Source: an uncultured virus (IMG/VR IMGVR_UViG_3300042363_001425) (taxonomy: Duplodnaviria > Heunggongvirae > Uroviricota > Caudoviricetes). From it: a stretch of 64,000 nucleotides of DNA. Shown piece after piece: positions 8,975 through 19,186 of this stretch. The number at the start of each line of letters is the position of its first letter. The first letter of the stretch is position 1. The stretch is taken from the IMG/VR virus record IMGVR_UViG_3300042363_001425; one strand, written 5' to 3'. Made by a program: the position numbers and the translations under genes. Under the pieces are notes generated by a model. It searched no databases and was not told the origin of the DNA. It saw only the letters and a program-made list of their open reading frames with translations.

Positions 8975-9229
8975 ATGAATACTACTAATCATAAATATAA
9001 GCTATCAGCTGGTGAAATTACTGTCCCAGCCGACTCGTTTAATCAAAGAACCGATATGAATATTCAGCCAAGTCCAATAGGTATCACGATAGGTGGTGCC
9101 CCGAATCACTGGTTGAACACGGCTCCACTCTCTAAAAGAGATATGAAGTCTAATACTACTCCACTTGGAGCCAATCCTAAATCACATACGATTTTACGAT
9201 TTGACGAGTATACTAATGAAAATAAATAA
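8975..9229 (+). CDS. Small late protein with C-terminal capsid-targeting-like motif
   Basis: Late motif at 8962-8969; ILRFDEYTNE. Confidence 0.6.
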   Translation: MNTTNHKYKLSAGEITVPADSFNQRTDMNIQPSPIGITIGGAPNHWLNTAPLSKRDMKSNTTPLGANPKSHTILRFDEYTNENK

Positions 9230-9244
9230 TAAAAAGTAATTACC

Positions 9245-9610
9245 ATGAGTAACAAAATTTTAAATTTCGATGAATTTGCTAAAGGCTCAAAAATGAGCGA
9301 TCCTAAGACCGCTCTATCTGTTAAGCCAGCTGATCCTATTAAAAAGGAAAAGACTATTGACCAAGTAAAGAAAGCTGACCTAACTCACCCAAAGATTACT
9401 GAACCTGATTACACAAAAACGGTTAAGAATCCAATTCAGGAGAGTTCAGCAGATACTCAAGCAGAAATTGATGCAATTAATCAAACTAAAGAACTTAGAA
9501 AGCAATTGGCAACAGTCGATAATGATGTTGAGAAGCTTGCTATTCTGAGCCGAATCAAACAGATTCAACAACAAGTTGAGCAAAAAGCGAAAGCTTCAAA
9601 ATCAATCTAA
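9245..9610 (+). CDS. Small basic late protein with capsid-targeting-like N-terminus
   Basis: Late motif at 9222-9229; KILNFDEF. Confidence 0.65.
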   Translation: MSNKILNFDEFAKGSKMSDPKTALSVKPADPIKKEKTIDQVKKADLTHPKITEPDYTKTVKNPIQESSADTQAEIDAINQTKELRKQLATVDNDVEKLAILSRIKQIQQQVEQKAKASKSI

Positions 9611-9625
9611 AATTAACTAAACCAA

Positions 9626-10366
9626 ATGACTTTAGAAGATTTAGTAATCGATATTGAGAATGAGTTGACCTTTGCTAAGGCCTTACCATACTCGATTCCA
9701 CAACAGGAGATTAAACGTATTATCGCTAATGCTGAAAGATATTTTTATGATAACTGGCGACATGCAGTAGAGCCTAGGTACTTACTAATTCCTCAAGTAG
9801 TATTTAAAGCTGATGCATTCAAACGTGATAGAGCTATTCAATTACCAGATTGCGTTGGTTTTGTGCATGAAGTTAGGGAACCAAATGGCGGAGGTTCAAT
9901 GTTTGGAACAATGGATGCGGATTTTGCAGATAACAAATTTATTGGATCTGAAGTTTTTTTAACTCCTTTTATTGGCGAATCAATTATGTATAGAACTATT
10001 ATCTTCTCTTTCTTGGATCTTGTAAAAGGATTCACAATTGATACATTTGCATACAACTATAATAAGAACAGCCGTAAGTTAACGATACTCGGAAGAACTC
10101 CAAGAGGTAATGGAATGGTGGTTCAGATAGCTAAGAAACTTGATGCTGAAGATCTCTACAATGACGAGGTTTTCCAAAGATACGTGAGAGCTAAAGCTAA
10201 ATTAAGACTAGGCGATCTTTTAACTACCTTTGATTATAATTTACCTGGAGGTATAAAACCAAACTACACAAATCTAGTAACTAAAGCGGAAGCTGAATTA
10301 GCTCAAGTTATGGATATGATGAAAACTGAAAATACAGCGGACTTCTTGTACTTTGCAAGATGGTAA
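9626..10366 (+). CDS. Neck (head-tail adaptor) protein, T4 gp13-like
   Basis: C-terminal LPGG-x-x-x-N...AEAEL pattern typical of gp13 homologs; late operon. Confidence 0.65.
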   Translation: MTLEDLVIDIENELTFAKALPYSIPQQEIKRIIANAERYFYDNWRHAVEPRYLLIPQVVFKADAFKRDRAIQLPDCVGFVHEVREPNGGGSMFGTMDADFADNKFIGSEVFLTPFIGESIMYRTIIFSFLDLVKGFTIDTFAYNYNKNSRKLTILGRTPRGNGMVVQIAKKLDAEDLYNDEVFQRYVRAKAKLRLGDLLTTFDYNLPGGIKPNYTNLVTKAEAELAQVMDMMKTENTADFLYFARW

Positions 10367-10372
10367 TAATAT

Positions 10373-10762
10373 ATGGCAAATCAACCAGTAGGAAAAGATT
10401 TCTTCCTTAGAGGTCCAGGCGATCCTAACTACATTGAGGGATTATTTGAATCAAATGATTCAATTGAAAATGCTATTCAACAAATTAGAATGGTGTTGTT
10501 AACCCGTACTGGTGAAGTACTAGGAGAAGATATTGGATTTAATGCTGAGAAATACCTATTTGAATATGAATTCGCAGATCTTAGCGAAATGGAAAAAGAG
10601 GCTAATGCTCAAATTAATGAGTATGTTTCTTTCTCTAGGCCATACACAATAGATGCAAGAGCATTTACTCTTGAAGATATCGGGGACCCTTATAAAGTAG
10701 GTTTAGGTTTGGACATTAAAGTTGACGGTAAGTCAGCTTTTGCTACAATGTTTGACCTTTAA
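10373..10762 (+). CDS. Baseplate wedge subunit, gp25-like
   Basis: Size and the IQQIRMVLLTRTGE...G...YLFE pattern. Confidence 0.7.
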   Translation: MANQPVGKDFFLRGPGDPNYIEGLFESNDSIENAIQQIRMVLLTRTGEVLGEDIGFNAEKYLFEYEFADLSEMEKEANAQINEYVSFSRPYTIDARAFTLEDIGDPYKVGLGLDIKVDGKSAFATMFDL

Positions 10763-11636
10763 TCCAGTCTAATAAATCAACACTAGGTTTCCAGCCAAGA
10801 GCCAATTCGGCTTTAGCGATATTTGATAAACTCATTCTAGGTTCAAGCCTAGCTCCGATTGATTTACGTTCTCCACCAATCACATCCATTAATTGATTTA
10901 CTGTAATTGATTTACCTGACCCGATATTAATAATATCATGATATCGTTTTTGGCCCATTGCAGCTAAATTTGCCTTAACCACGTCAGACACGTGAATAAA
11001 GTCCCTAGACTGGCCACCGTCATTTGTAAAAGTTAAAGGTTTACCAGCCTTTGAATTTTCAAGAAAGATTGGAATTACTGAGCGATAAGAGCTATTTGGA
11101 TTAGTACGATTGCCGTATACATTAAAGTATCTTAGACATGTTGTATGGATTCCATGAATTTCAGAGTACATCTTACAGTACTGTTCACCAATAAGTTTAG
11201 TTAGAGCATAGGTTGACATTGGCTCCGGTACAACAGTTTCCTTAGTAGGAAAAGTTTCAGTGTTTCCGTAAACTGCACTAGTTGAACTAAATACAAAACG
11301 TTTAACATCAGCAAGTCTACAAGCTTCAAGTATATTAGCAGTGCCAATCACATTAACTAAGTTATAGTCAGCCGGCCTCTCTAATGATCCCTGGACAGAA
11401 GTTAGTGCCGCTAAATGGAATACACATTCCGAACCTTTTATCATACTGGCGATCCTCTGGGGATCATCAGTAATATCATAAACTCTAAGATCAATCTTAA
11501 GATTTTTAAGATTTGATTTTTTACCAGAAGACAGATTGTCAATTACGGTTACTTTGTAACCTTCTGCTAATAGTAATTCTACAAGGTGGGACCCGATAAA
11601 ACCAGCTCCGCCTATTACCGTTACTTTTGGATTCAT
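10743..11636 (-). CDS. NAD-dependent nucleotide-sugar epimerase/dehydratase (GalE/WbpP-like)
   Basis: GGAGFIG Rossmann motif, SSTSAVYG, YALTK (YxxxK), RYFNVYG, RDFIHVSD. Confidence 0.9.
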   Translation of the reverse strand: MNPKVTVIGGAGFIGSHLVELLLAEGYKVTVIDNLSSGKKSNLKNLKIDLRVYDITDDPQRIASMIKGSECVFHLAALTSVQGSLERPADYNLVNVIGTANILEACRLADVKRFVFSSTSAVYGNTETFPTKETVVPEPMSTYALTKLIGEQYCKMYSEIHGIHTTCLRYFNVYGNRTNPNSSYRSVIPIFLENSKAGKPLTFTNDGGQSRDFIHVSDVVKANLAAMGQKRYHDIINIGSGKSITVNQLMDVIGGERKSIGARLEPRMSLSNIAKAELALGWKPSVDLLDWIKGQTL

Positions 11637-11645
11637 ATTACGTTA

Positions 11646-13334
11646 TTAAAGTTGTCCTTTAGCTCCAACTTCAGAGGAAGTTTCGCCGGTTGGCGCGGTT
11701 TCTCCAGCTGGGGCAGCAGCAGCAGCTCCGCCAGCAGCGGCACCTCCACCTGCACCAGCAGAGCCTTCGCCTTTGGCTTCATCTTGTTCTGATGTTGCTT
11801 GATAGCTTTTATTCTTAGCAATCGATTCATCACTTAACTTTAAGTACTCTTTAATTAAGTACTCAGTTGAGAAGTAAGGTTTATTCTCGTCATTTACTAC
11901 AGCTTTCATTGCATTAAGTGTAGCAAGACGTTTATTAAGTAATTCTTGATTCTTAATTTCCTCAAACACGTTATCATCGTGCCACGTTAAACCAACTGCA
12001 TTTGCAAATTTATGGTCAGTCTTAAGATCCTTAACATCTAAACACATTTGTAAATAAAGAGGTTTAGTCATAAGCTCCTTAAAAGCAGACCTCAAACGTT
12101 TGATAAATTTATTGTAACGAATTTCCTCTCTTGAAATACCTTCAGCATTCATGGTGTAAGCACCTTGACCTTCAGACCAACGAGAATAAGGAAGTTTTGA
12201 GTCCAGCTTTAATTTATCTTGGAAGTACTTTAAAAGTTCTGAACCTGATAGGTTTGGACCAGGATATTCAAGAGCTTCAATATCGATTTTTTCTCCACGA
12301 TCATTTACTGGAAGAACGTAGTTCTTATAAAATAGAATATTAGGTTTTCCATCAACACTTAATTCTCCAGTAGAACCGTCGAATGTAATATCCTCTTTTA
12401 GAGTATTGGTAAATTCCCTAACATCCTCTTTTGCTTTTTGTAATGATTTGGTTCCAACCGGGACATAAGTCTTTAAACGAATTGGAGCATTCATCGTATG
12501 CCAAATAACTTTAGAGTGTTCAATTAAACGAAGTAGATTAAATGATCTAACTAGACGTTCAACAAAACTAACACGTTTTGTTCTAAACTCATTTGAATAG
12601 GAAATATAAATGATTTGAGAATCAGTTAAGGTACGATTCATTTTATTTAATGGATCGCGTTGAGCCCATTGTAAGTAGATCTTTCCGCCAACATCCTTTT
12701 TAACTTCAGGATATAGAGTAGATGGATCCAATTCTTTAAATCCAATAATATCTTTTGGATTTGAAAGATTGTCATAGATAATTTCAAATGCCAAATGGCC
12801 TTCAATTAACCATTGGTAAAAGTATTGCCATGCAGAAATACCTCTGTCAAATCCCCATGCACTGTAAACCTTTTCAAAGTTTTCTTGGTACTTATCAATG
12901 ATTTTTTCTTGATAGTTAAGACGCTGCTCCTTGTTCTTTCCACGATAGTTAATTTCTCCAACTAGGTCGTTTGGATAGCAGAATCGATTATCTTCATCAA
13001 ACACAATAGCATCATCCGCGATTGTTTCAATAATGAACTCAATTTCTCCATTTGATGCAAGATCTCTAAGTCTCTCACGTTTTTGTACGTAGTCTAATTG
13101 AAAGAACGCAATTGACTTGTTCTTTAAAGAAGAGGTTGTGTCAGATAAAGCTAGAGTAGCTTTCATTAGATCATCGCCTAACGCATTGCTAAAGCCAGTT
13201 AACTGGCCTTCAATATAACCTATTGCTTGTGAGTTCTTCACAAGAAGGTCATCGTATTTCATACCAAAGCGGCTTAGTGCGGTTAAGCTTGACCTAAGGC
13301 CTCTCATTGGGTTACTGTCTAAAAATCCTGCCAT
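11646..13334 (-). CDS. Portal protein, T4 gp20-like
   Basis: LRLIEHSKVIW...AP, LKYFQDKL..KLPYSR and ISREEIRYNKFIKRLRSAF resemble gp20 conserved blocks. Confidence 0.85.
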   Translation of the reverse strand: MAGFLDSNPMRGLRSSLTALSRFGMKYDDLLVKNSQAIGYIEGQLTGFSNALGDDLMKATLALSDTTSSLKNKSIAFFQLDYVQKRERLRDLASNGEIEFIIETIADDAIVFDEDNRFCYPNDLVGEINYRGKNKEQRLNYQEKIIDKYQENFEKVYSAWGFDRGISAWQYFYQWLIEGHLAFEIIYDNLSNPKDIIGFKELDPSTLYPEVKKDVGGKIYLQWAQRDPLNKMNRTLTDSQIIYISYSNEFRTKRVSFVERLVRSFNLLRLIEHSKVIWHTMNAPIRLKTYVPVGTKSLQKAKEDVREFTNTLKEDITFDGSTGELSVDGKPNILFYKNYVLPVNDRGEKIDIEALEYPGPNLSGSELLKYFQDKLKLDSKLPYSRWSEGQGAYTMNAEGISREEIRYNKFIKRLRSAFKELMTKPLYLQMCLDVKDLKTDHKFANAVGLTWHDDNVFEEIKNQELLNKRLATLNAMKAVVNDENKPYFSTEYLIKEYLKLSDESIAKNKSYQATSEQDEAKGEGSAGAGGGAAAGGAAAAAPAGETAPTGETSSEVGAKGQL

Positions 13335-13342
13335 TTAATTGT

Positions 13343-14008
13343 TTATTTTATTTCAAATAGAGAGAAGCTTGATCTAGCAGATATGGTCTTATCGGTCGAA
13401 TAATTCGCTAAATGTAACTTAGGGACATCGTTCCAATCGATAAGAGTTAAGTTTCTCATCTTTTCTCTATTGTATTTATTCACCAGAAGATTGAATTTAA
13501 TATCAGGAATACCGGAAATGGTCTTAATAAAGTCCGAATTCACTCGCAAGAATGGTGATACTGTTTTATTTCTAAGTCTTTCATTAAAATCGGTTAGTGT
13601 ACCTTGATCATAGCACCTTTCAAGGGCAGTATCCATGATTCTTAAGTAGGTTTTAATGAACAGTTTACGTAATGGCTGGGCCATTATTTTAACATTTAGC
13701 CCCCAACCGTCATCACTTAGTGCTAAAAATATTGGGAGATTATCGTAAAATGGTCTAGTCGTTTTGTATTTAGCTGATTTATCAAGATCACGAGTTGATG
13801 GATTTCGCATTATCTCGTATTCGTCCCAAGTTGGAACTTGGTCAGGGCTAACTGGATCAAGCTGCAAAAATGAATAAAAATGACCAGGTATTAGAATTGT
13901 ACGATCACCGCCCCTAGTAGTATTCATGAATATGTGATTAGGGTTTGGAGAAAACTCTGGGTCAACTCCATTCTGGTAAAAGTTTTGTATTGATTCTAAT
14001 TGGGTCAT
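13343..14008 (-). CDS. DNA end protector protein, T4 gp2-like
   Basis: PGHFYSF...YDNLP...GLN...IDWND pattern; adjacent to gp4. Confidence 0.55.
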   Translation of the reverse strand: MTQLESIQNFYQNGVDPEFSPNPNHIFMNTTRGGDRTILIPGHFYSFLQLDPVSPDQVPTWDEYEIMRNPSTRDLDKSAKYKTTRPFYDNLPIFLALSDDGWGLNVKIMAQPLRKLFIKTYLRIMDTALERCYDQGTLTDFNERLRNKTVSPFLRVNSDFIKTISGIPDIKFNLLVNKYNREKMRNLTLIDWNDVPKLHLANYSTDKTISARSSFSLFEIK

Positions 14009-14017
14009 CTTTATCTT

Positions 14018-14524
14018 TTATATTGATTTGAACAGAAAGTTTTCGGTTATTATGCCAAATTTTAAACCTCTTACTGATGCAAATTCCTTGGCTGCTTCAA
14101 ATTTAGCCTGATTCACTATGTACTGCTTTGCAGCATATACGTAATTGGCAGTCTGTTTATTAGTCATTTTAGTTGGGGCAACTGGAGGTTTAGTGTACTT
14201 ATCAGGTTTCACCTCAATTAACCATTGCTGCTCTCTACCTTCATTATCCTTTGTTATAATAAAAAAGTCAATATAATAGGTATGACCTCGTTTATCTAAT
14301 GGACTGTAATATGGAATTCCAACTGGTTCACTAGAGTATTTAATTACAGTTGGGCTGGCATCACACCATTTTAGAAATTTGAATTCCCAAGAACTACGAA
14401 ATATAATTTGACTTGTGTCCCCTACGTATTTGTCTGGATTAGCTGGTCTAAAATATCCCTGTTGAATCTTACCTGCTCTAGGTTTTAGGAAGGTCTTGAT
14501 GCTCTTTTGCTCTGTTGGTTTCAT
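14018..14524 (-). CDS. Head completion nuclease, T4 gp4-like (TnsA-type PD-(D/E)xK)
   Basis: FRPANPDKYVGD, RSSWE, YYIDF and IEVKP motifs. Confidence 0.9.
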   Translation of the reverse strand: MKPTEQKSIKTFLKPRAGKIQQGYFRPANPDKYVGDTSQIIFRSSWEFKFLKWCDASPTVIKYSSEPVGIPYYSPLDKRGHTYYIDFFIITKDNEGREQQWLIEVKPDKYTKPPVAPTKMTNKQTANYVYAAKQYIVNQAKFEAAKEFASVRGLKFGIITENFLFKSI

Positions 14525-14532
14525 ATAGTTAT

Positions 14533-15657
14533 TTATAGGTACGCCATGTCAAACACGGAATCGCTAAAATAGCTATTGAGCCAATCATTAAATTCATCAA
14601 GTGTGTAACTTTCATCCCGATCATGAATGTAACAGAAAAGATCATTAATATCCTTTACTCGGTTCAGTGCAATCATATCATCAACACTACTGAACCTTCT
14701 TTTAAGATCGCCTATTGCTTTATTCCATAAGAATACTGAATAACCTTGCTTGATAAAATTCATCATTTGGGTTTTACCGGCCTTGTCTCTATCAAAAACA
14801 ACTTGAGAAGCGCCTTTTGCTCCAAGATTTGAGAAGATACTTCTGGCTTTTGAAGCACCGGAAGTAGCAATTGCATTGTATATAAACATTGAGTCAAATT
14901 GACCCTCAGTCATTCTAATGGGTTTACTGAAATCAATATTCAAGATATTAAAGTAGTTATTAAGAAAGTTGGCATCCTCAATTAGGTCCTTGGTTAGGCC
15001 AGTTTGCGAGAATATTTGAGTAAGATCAGTGTATGACTTAATTATATACTTTCTCTCCGAGTTTGGATCCAGGCTTCGAATTGAGAATCCTAGCAATCGG
15101 CCAGATCTCTTATCGAAATTAAAGATGAATATTTTATTATCGCTTGAATCAGCATAGAGACAGTCACCAAAATCTTCTATTAGATTTAAACTTCTACCCT
15201 TAATGTATTGATATGCGCGGGAATCTTCGGAAACTAGATCAAGTCTCTTTAATGAGAAGCGATTGATTACATCAGTTATTGTAACTAATGATGATGTATC
15301 TGAAGTTAAGAATCGGATTAGTTGATTTTCAGCACGTTTAACATTGTGGACTGGTTTGTACGAATCTTCTAAAATAAAACTTGGTAACATGATGCCATGC
15401 TGCTTGCTCATCTTAGCAACAAACTCGCCCATTGTCATATAGGCCATGCAACCGTCATTGAAGCACTTGTATGCTCCAGTATCTAAATAGAGGTTACCAC
15501 GCTTCTTTGAAACCTTCTTATCTGAGTCACCACAAATTGGACACGCAAAATTTAGTTTACGCGAAGTTGTTCCATCAATCTTTTGTTTTTCAGGAACATC
15601 ATGAAATCTTTTACGTAGAAGCGTTTCAATAAACGCAGTTATTTCCTCAATTTGCAT
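14533..15657 (-). CDS. DNA primase, T4 gp61-like
   Basis: CPICGDS...CFNDGC zinc finger; TEGQFDS and FDRD TOPRIM motifs. Confidence 0.88.
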   Translation of the reverse strand: MQIEEITAFIETLLRKRFHDVPEKQKIDGTTSRKLNFACPICGDSDKKVSKKRGNLYLDTGAYKCFNDGCMAYMTMGEFVAKMSKQHGIMLPSFILEDSYKPVHNVKRAENQLIRFLTSDTSSLVTITDVINRFSLKRLDLVSEDSRAYQYIKGRSLNLIEDFGDCLYADSSDNKIFIFNFDKRSGRLLGFSIRSLDPNSERKYIIKSYTDLTQIFSQTGLTKDLIEDANFLNNYFNILNIDFSKPIRMTEGQFDSMFIYNAIATSGASKARSIFSNLGAKGASQVVFDRDKAGKTQMMNFIKQGYSVFLWNKAIGDLKRRFSSVDDMIALNRVKDINDLFCYIHDRDESYTLDEFNDWLNSYFSDSVFDMAYL

Positions 15658-17275
15658 CTTCTACTTCTTGTACCTTCTTTACTGCTTTAGGTTTGATTGC
15701 TGACTTGTAGGCTTTTTCCAAATCGTATCCCATTTTATAATAGTCCTTGCCTGTCTTAACTGCCTTTTCGTATTTGTCAGTTTGTAACCATTCTCCACCG
15801 CTTGGTGTATTAATTATTTCGGTCCAACCATTTGTTCTTAAGTATTCTTGCATGGTTTCAACCGGTATTGCAAAAGGATCTGACACTTCAATTCCTAATT
15901 TCTTTGCAATTCGATCTCTGTATTTAGTAAGCTCATGCTTTGGAACAATTACGGTATTTAAACCAAATTTAGAAATTGCTGAAATATAGACTGGAAATAG
16001 TTCTTGAGGAACCTGTTTATCTGGATTACCAATAAAGTCTTGACAGCTTTCGGGAATTTCAGAATAGTCTAAAGTAACTGAACTTACTGCATATAATGGG
16101 AACGTTTCTTCTGGTGTAAAATCTTTACTGCGACTTCTTGATTTGATTACATCAACTTTACGAGCAAGTTGAGGAGTCAATTCAGAATAACCCATTGCAA
16201 CCAATAACTTATTAATAGGTTCAACTATTAATCTAAAGAACTGCTGATCACGATCCATTGGCACAGCGAACTCTTCGGGATAAGCACCTGGGGCATAAGC
16301 AAAAATATCAAAATTATACTCATTAGGAGCCGCATAATAGAACTTAATCTTTGAACCGCTTCTAATTAATGGGTACTTTTGGTTATTGGTTTTCTTAATT
16401 ATGTGGTTGTGGTATGCAGCCGCTCTACCGTAGATTGGCATGCCTGTCTCAAGTTCAAGAGGATTTAATTTCTTTACGTAATCTTCATATACTCTAACTG
16501 AGAAGTTAAATGCAATTTCATTAACCGTTAATTGATTACATTCGGCCTTTAGCGCAGATAATCTAGGAATAAGATCGTTCTCAAGATCAAGACTATAACC
16601 CAAATCTAATAGTTCCCAATATAACTCCTGTAAGTGTTTACGTGCCCATATTGGATATGATGCTTGGATTGCCTCAAGGCCTTTAATAATTAGAGAATCT
16701 TTATCAAGTAACTTTTCGTGGTAATTATCTTTGTAAGATACTTTCAATATATACTTTTTCTTAGCGAGCCAAATACCAGATCGCGATAGATTCTCAAGCT
16801 CAAAATTTTGACGATTATCTGTATTGAAATGGGTTGCATACTTCTCAAAGGCTTGTTCAAAATAGTGTTTCAATCGATGCCTATTAATTGCTAAGCAAAA
16901 TTCAAGAGCCTCTGTTTCAGTTAACTTAAGTTCGTCTACTGACTGGACTGCATAATCAAAACATACGTAAACTGAGTCAGTATCAGTATAAACGGCTGCT
17001 TCTTTCTCAATAGGTGTGATTTTCATACCAGAGATTCCAAGTTTTTCATGTAGCTCAGTATCAAGATGCCACTTTTGACTAAAGTAGTGGTTTATTGCTT
17101 TAATTGAGAACTTAATTAGATCTTGACCCTGTAAAGTAATTGACTGGGCTATCTCGTTATTATGAAAATAGAAGTATTTGTTACCAAATGCTCCATAAAA
17201 TGAATTAATTAAGATCTTTATTGCATTTTGCTTAAGATCTAGTGATTTAATTTGTTGTTCGAGTTGCTTTGACAT
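15647..17275 (-). CDS. Family B DNA polymerase, C-terminal subunit (fingers/palm/thumb) with C-terminal extension
   Basis: KILINSFYG (motif B), YTDTDS (motif C), KKKY, KGLE; no exonuclease domain or motif A. Confidence 0.9.
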   Translation of the reverse strand: MSKQLEQQIKSLDLKQNAIKILINSFYGAFGNKYFYFHNNEIAQSITLQGQDLIKFSIKAINHYFSQKWHLDTELHEKLGISGMKITPIEKEAAVYTDTDSVYVCFDYAVQSVDELKLTETEALEFCLAINRHRLKHYFEQAFEKYATHFNTDNRQNFELENLSRSGIWLAKKKYILKVSYKDNYHEKLLDKDSLIIKGLEAIQASYPIWARKHLQELYWELLDLGYSLDLENDLIPRLSALKAECNQLTVNEIAFNFSVRVYEDYVKKLNPLELETGMPIYGRAAAYHNHIIKKTNNQKYPLIRSGSKIKFYYAAPNEYNFDIFAYAPGAYPEEFAVPMDRDQQFFRLIVEPINKLLVAMGYSELTPQLARKVDVIKSRSRSKDFTPEETFPLYAVSSVTLDYSEIPESCQDFIGNPDKQVPQELFPVYISAISKFGLNTVIVPKHELTKYRDRIAKKLGIEVSDPFAIPVETMQEYLRTNGWTEIINTPSGGEWLQTDKYEKAVKTGKDYYKMGYDLEKAYKSAIKPKAVKKVQEVEDAN

Positions 17276-17282
17276 ACTTTTT

Positions 17283-17328
17283 ATTGTACTTGTGAATATA
17301 CATTTGGTTTAATTTACCAAATAAATAA
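17283..17328. promoter_or_regulatory. Divergent promoters: early-type on - (17283-17310) and late-type on + (17321-17328)
   Basis: AAAC-N18-TACAAT on -; ATAAATAAC on +. Confidence 0.55.
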
Positions 17329-17344
17329 CTAGAAAATTGACCAC

Positions 17345-17956
17345 ATGGTGAAAGAAATCACTAAGGATCGCGGAATGATTAACCGATCATACCCGTTCCT
17401 AAAGAATTTTCCCTTTGATACAGATTTTGAGATGGAAATCGTGAAATCCCCTGTTATGGCTATGATTTTTGATGAAGAATTTGATCAAGTTACGTCAAAA
17501 TCTCCACAAGTTATAAATTTTAAACACAGGGGAGAACCCTTAAAAGCATCTATTCAAATAGTTAATACAGAACTATTATGGCTGACCGAGTCAGCTGAAT
17601 CAATTAAAAAACTTGACAGAATTGCAAAAAGAATTGATCGTGGACTTAAAACCAAGGATCTGCTTGTAAAAAGAGATGTTTCATTAGAGGTTGACGAATG
17701 GTTAAAGTTAATTGGAGACCAGAGAAGTCAATTAAGCCATGAAACTTTTAATGAAGTTTTGTCTTCCCTAGTTGGATCTAGGCCAGTCGGTCAAGTTGTT
17801 ACCTTAATAAATAACCTGAACAAGATTTATTCAGGTAAAGGATTAGTTAGAATGACTAAATCTGATTGCGACGTGATTTTTACGTACCTTCATTTTAGAC
17901 TTGTCTATGCTAAACTTATACTTGGAATAGTAATCGCCTCAAAAATATCATTCTAA
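17345..17956 (+). CDS. Hypothetical late protein
   Basis: 203-aa ORF behind a late motif. Confidence 0.7.
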   Translation: MVKEITKDRGMINRSYPFLKNFPFDTDFEMEIVKSPVMAMIFDEEFDQVTSKSPQVINFKHRGEPLKASIQIVNTELLWLTESAESIKKLDRIAKRIDRGLKTKDLLVKRDVSLEVDEWLKLIGDQRSQLSHETFNEVLSSLVGSRPVGQVVTLINNLNKIYSGKGLVRMTKSDCDVIFTYLHFRLVYAKLILGIVIASKISF

Positions 17957-18357
17957 TGGAGCAACAGCTAGATTTGTTTATTGAATACCTTTACGTTATT
18001 GAAGAAAATGAAATAATGTTAACTAAGCCACAAATTGATAAATTACAAATGATTCAGAATAAAGTTTCTGAGATTGTTAAAAAAGTTGAGAACCTAAGCA
18101 GTTGCAAAGATCAACAATCTCATGAAAATTCAGCAATTCACATACATTCACAGGTACCTGAACTTCAACTAGCTGAAAATAGGGTCCACTCCTTTGCCGA
18201 CTACACTGAACTAAACGAGAAAATCGTAAAGAGCGGTAACCAATGGAAAGTTATGAATAAGAAGGGTACCAAAACGCTAGGTACGCATGATACTCGAGAA
18301 AAGGCAGTTAAACAACTACAAGCAATTGAGATAAGTAAAGCACAACATGCAAGATAA
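17956..18357 (+). CDS. Putative internal head protein with C-terminal basic mini-domain
   Basis: RVHSFADYTELNE followed by a K-rich domain. Confidence 0.6.
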   Translation: MEQQLDLFIEYLYVIEENEIMLTKPQIDKLQMIQNKVSEIVKKVENLSSCKDQQSHENSAIHIHSQVPELQLAENRVHSFADYTELNEKIVKSGNQWKVMNKKGTKTLGTHDTREKAVKQLQAIEISKAQHAR

Positions 18358-19186
18358 AGCGTCACACACATTTATACAGTTCATTAATGAGAGAGGTGAT
18401 TGGGATTTTTCTGATTACTACTCTAACTACCTAAAAGGCTTTAAATTCGAAGAGCCGGTTAACGCTGCGCTTATTGAATTTGAAAACGCGTTAAATTCTT
18501 TGGAAAATGAATTTTGGTATAACCGTGAAGGCAGTTATAATGGAGGTCATTATGCACTAAACATGAAGATGAATCAATACCCAGATTTAGATAAGTGGGC
18601 AAACGCCAAGGGAGAAGAAGATCTTGAAGATATTACTGAAGATCTAATGTATCAGGATTGGGCGAATTTTATGGAAGAGATTTATGAAGTAGAAACTGAG
18701 GATATGCTAGGCGAGTTTAGTTGGGTTAAAAGATTTGGAGCTGGCGGAAAAAGCGGTGGCTGGTTATTGGTTTACCCAGAAGCAGATCATAATGATCTTG
18801 AACGTACAGTAAACGACCTAATGGACAATTACTTATCTGAAACTGGATTACTGTCAGGCGAGGAAATTGATAAAATTAAGCAAGCTGAATTATCTGATGC
18901 GAATCCAGCTGATGCAGCGCTTGCGGATTTGGGACTTGCTGAGATAACTGACTACTCTGATCTTGCTGAAATGGCTGATGAGTTACATACTTCGCTAGTT
19001 ATTGAAAACCGAGAACTAGATAATCGATATACTGACCTTAATAAAATGGTTGTTAGAATCAAAGAGTTTAAGGACGAAGCTGAAAAGATGTTTTATGAAT
19101 GGGTAAGTGACCGATCTTTCAATGAATCAAAACTTCCAACTTTCAAGCAATTTGTAATTAACGAATCACTTCGCAAATCTTGCTAA
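18347..19186 (+). CDS. Acidic putative internal head protein
   Basis: HTFIQFINE at the N-terminus and PTFKQFVINES at the C-terminus. Confidence 0.65.
   Translation: MQDKASHTFIQFINERGDWDFSDYYSNYLKGFKFEEPVNAALIEFENALNSLENEFWYNREGSYNGGHYALNMKMNQYPDLDKWANAKGEEDLEDITEDLMYQDWANFMEEIYEVETEDMLGEFSWVKRFGAGGKSGGWLLVYPEADHNDLERTVNDLMDNYLSETGLLSGEEIDKIKQAELSDANPADAALADLGLAEITDYSDLAEMADELHTSLVIENRELDNRYTDLNKMVVRIKEFKDEAEKMFYEWVSDRSFNESKLPTFKQFVINESLRKSC

Noticed and set aside
15647..17275. Polymerase halves as split-intein or intron-interrupted products or pseudogenes
   Set aside because: No intein terminal residues or homing endonuclease; all catalytic motifs are intact and each half has a clean start and stop
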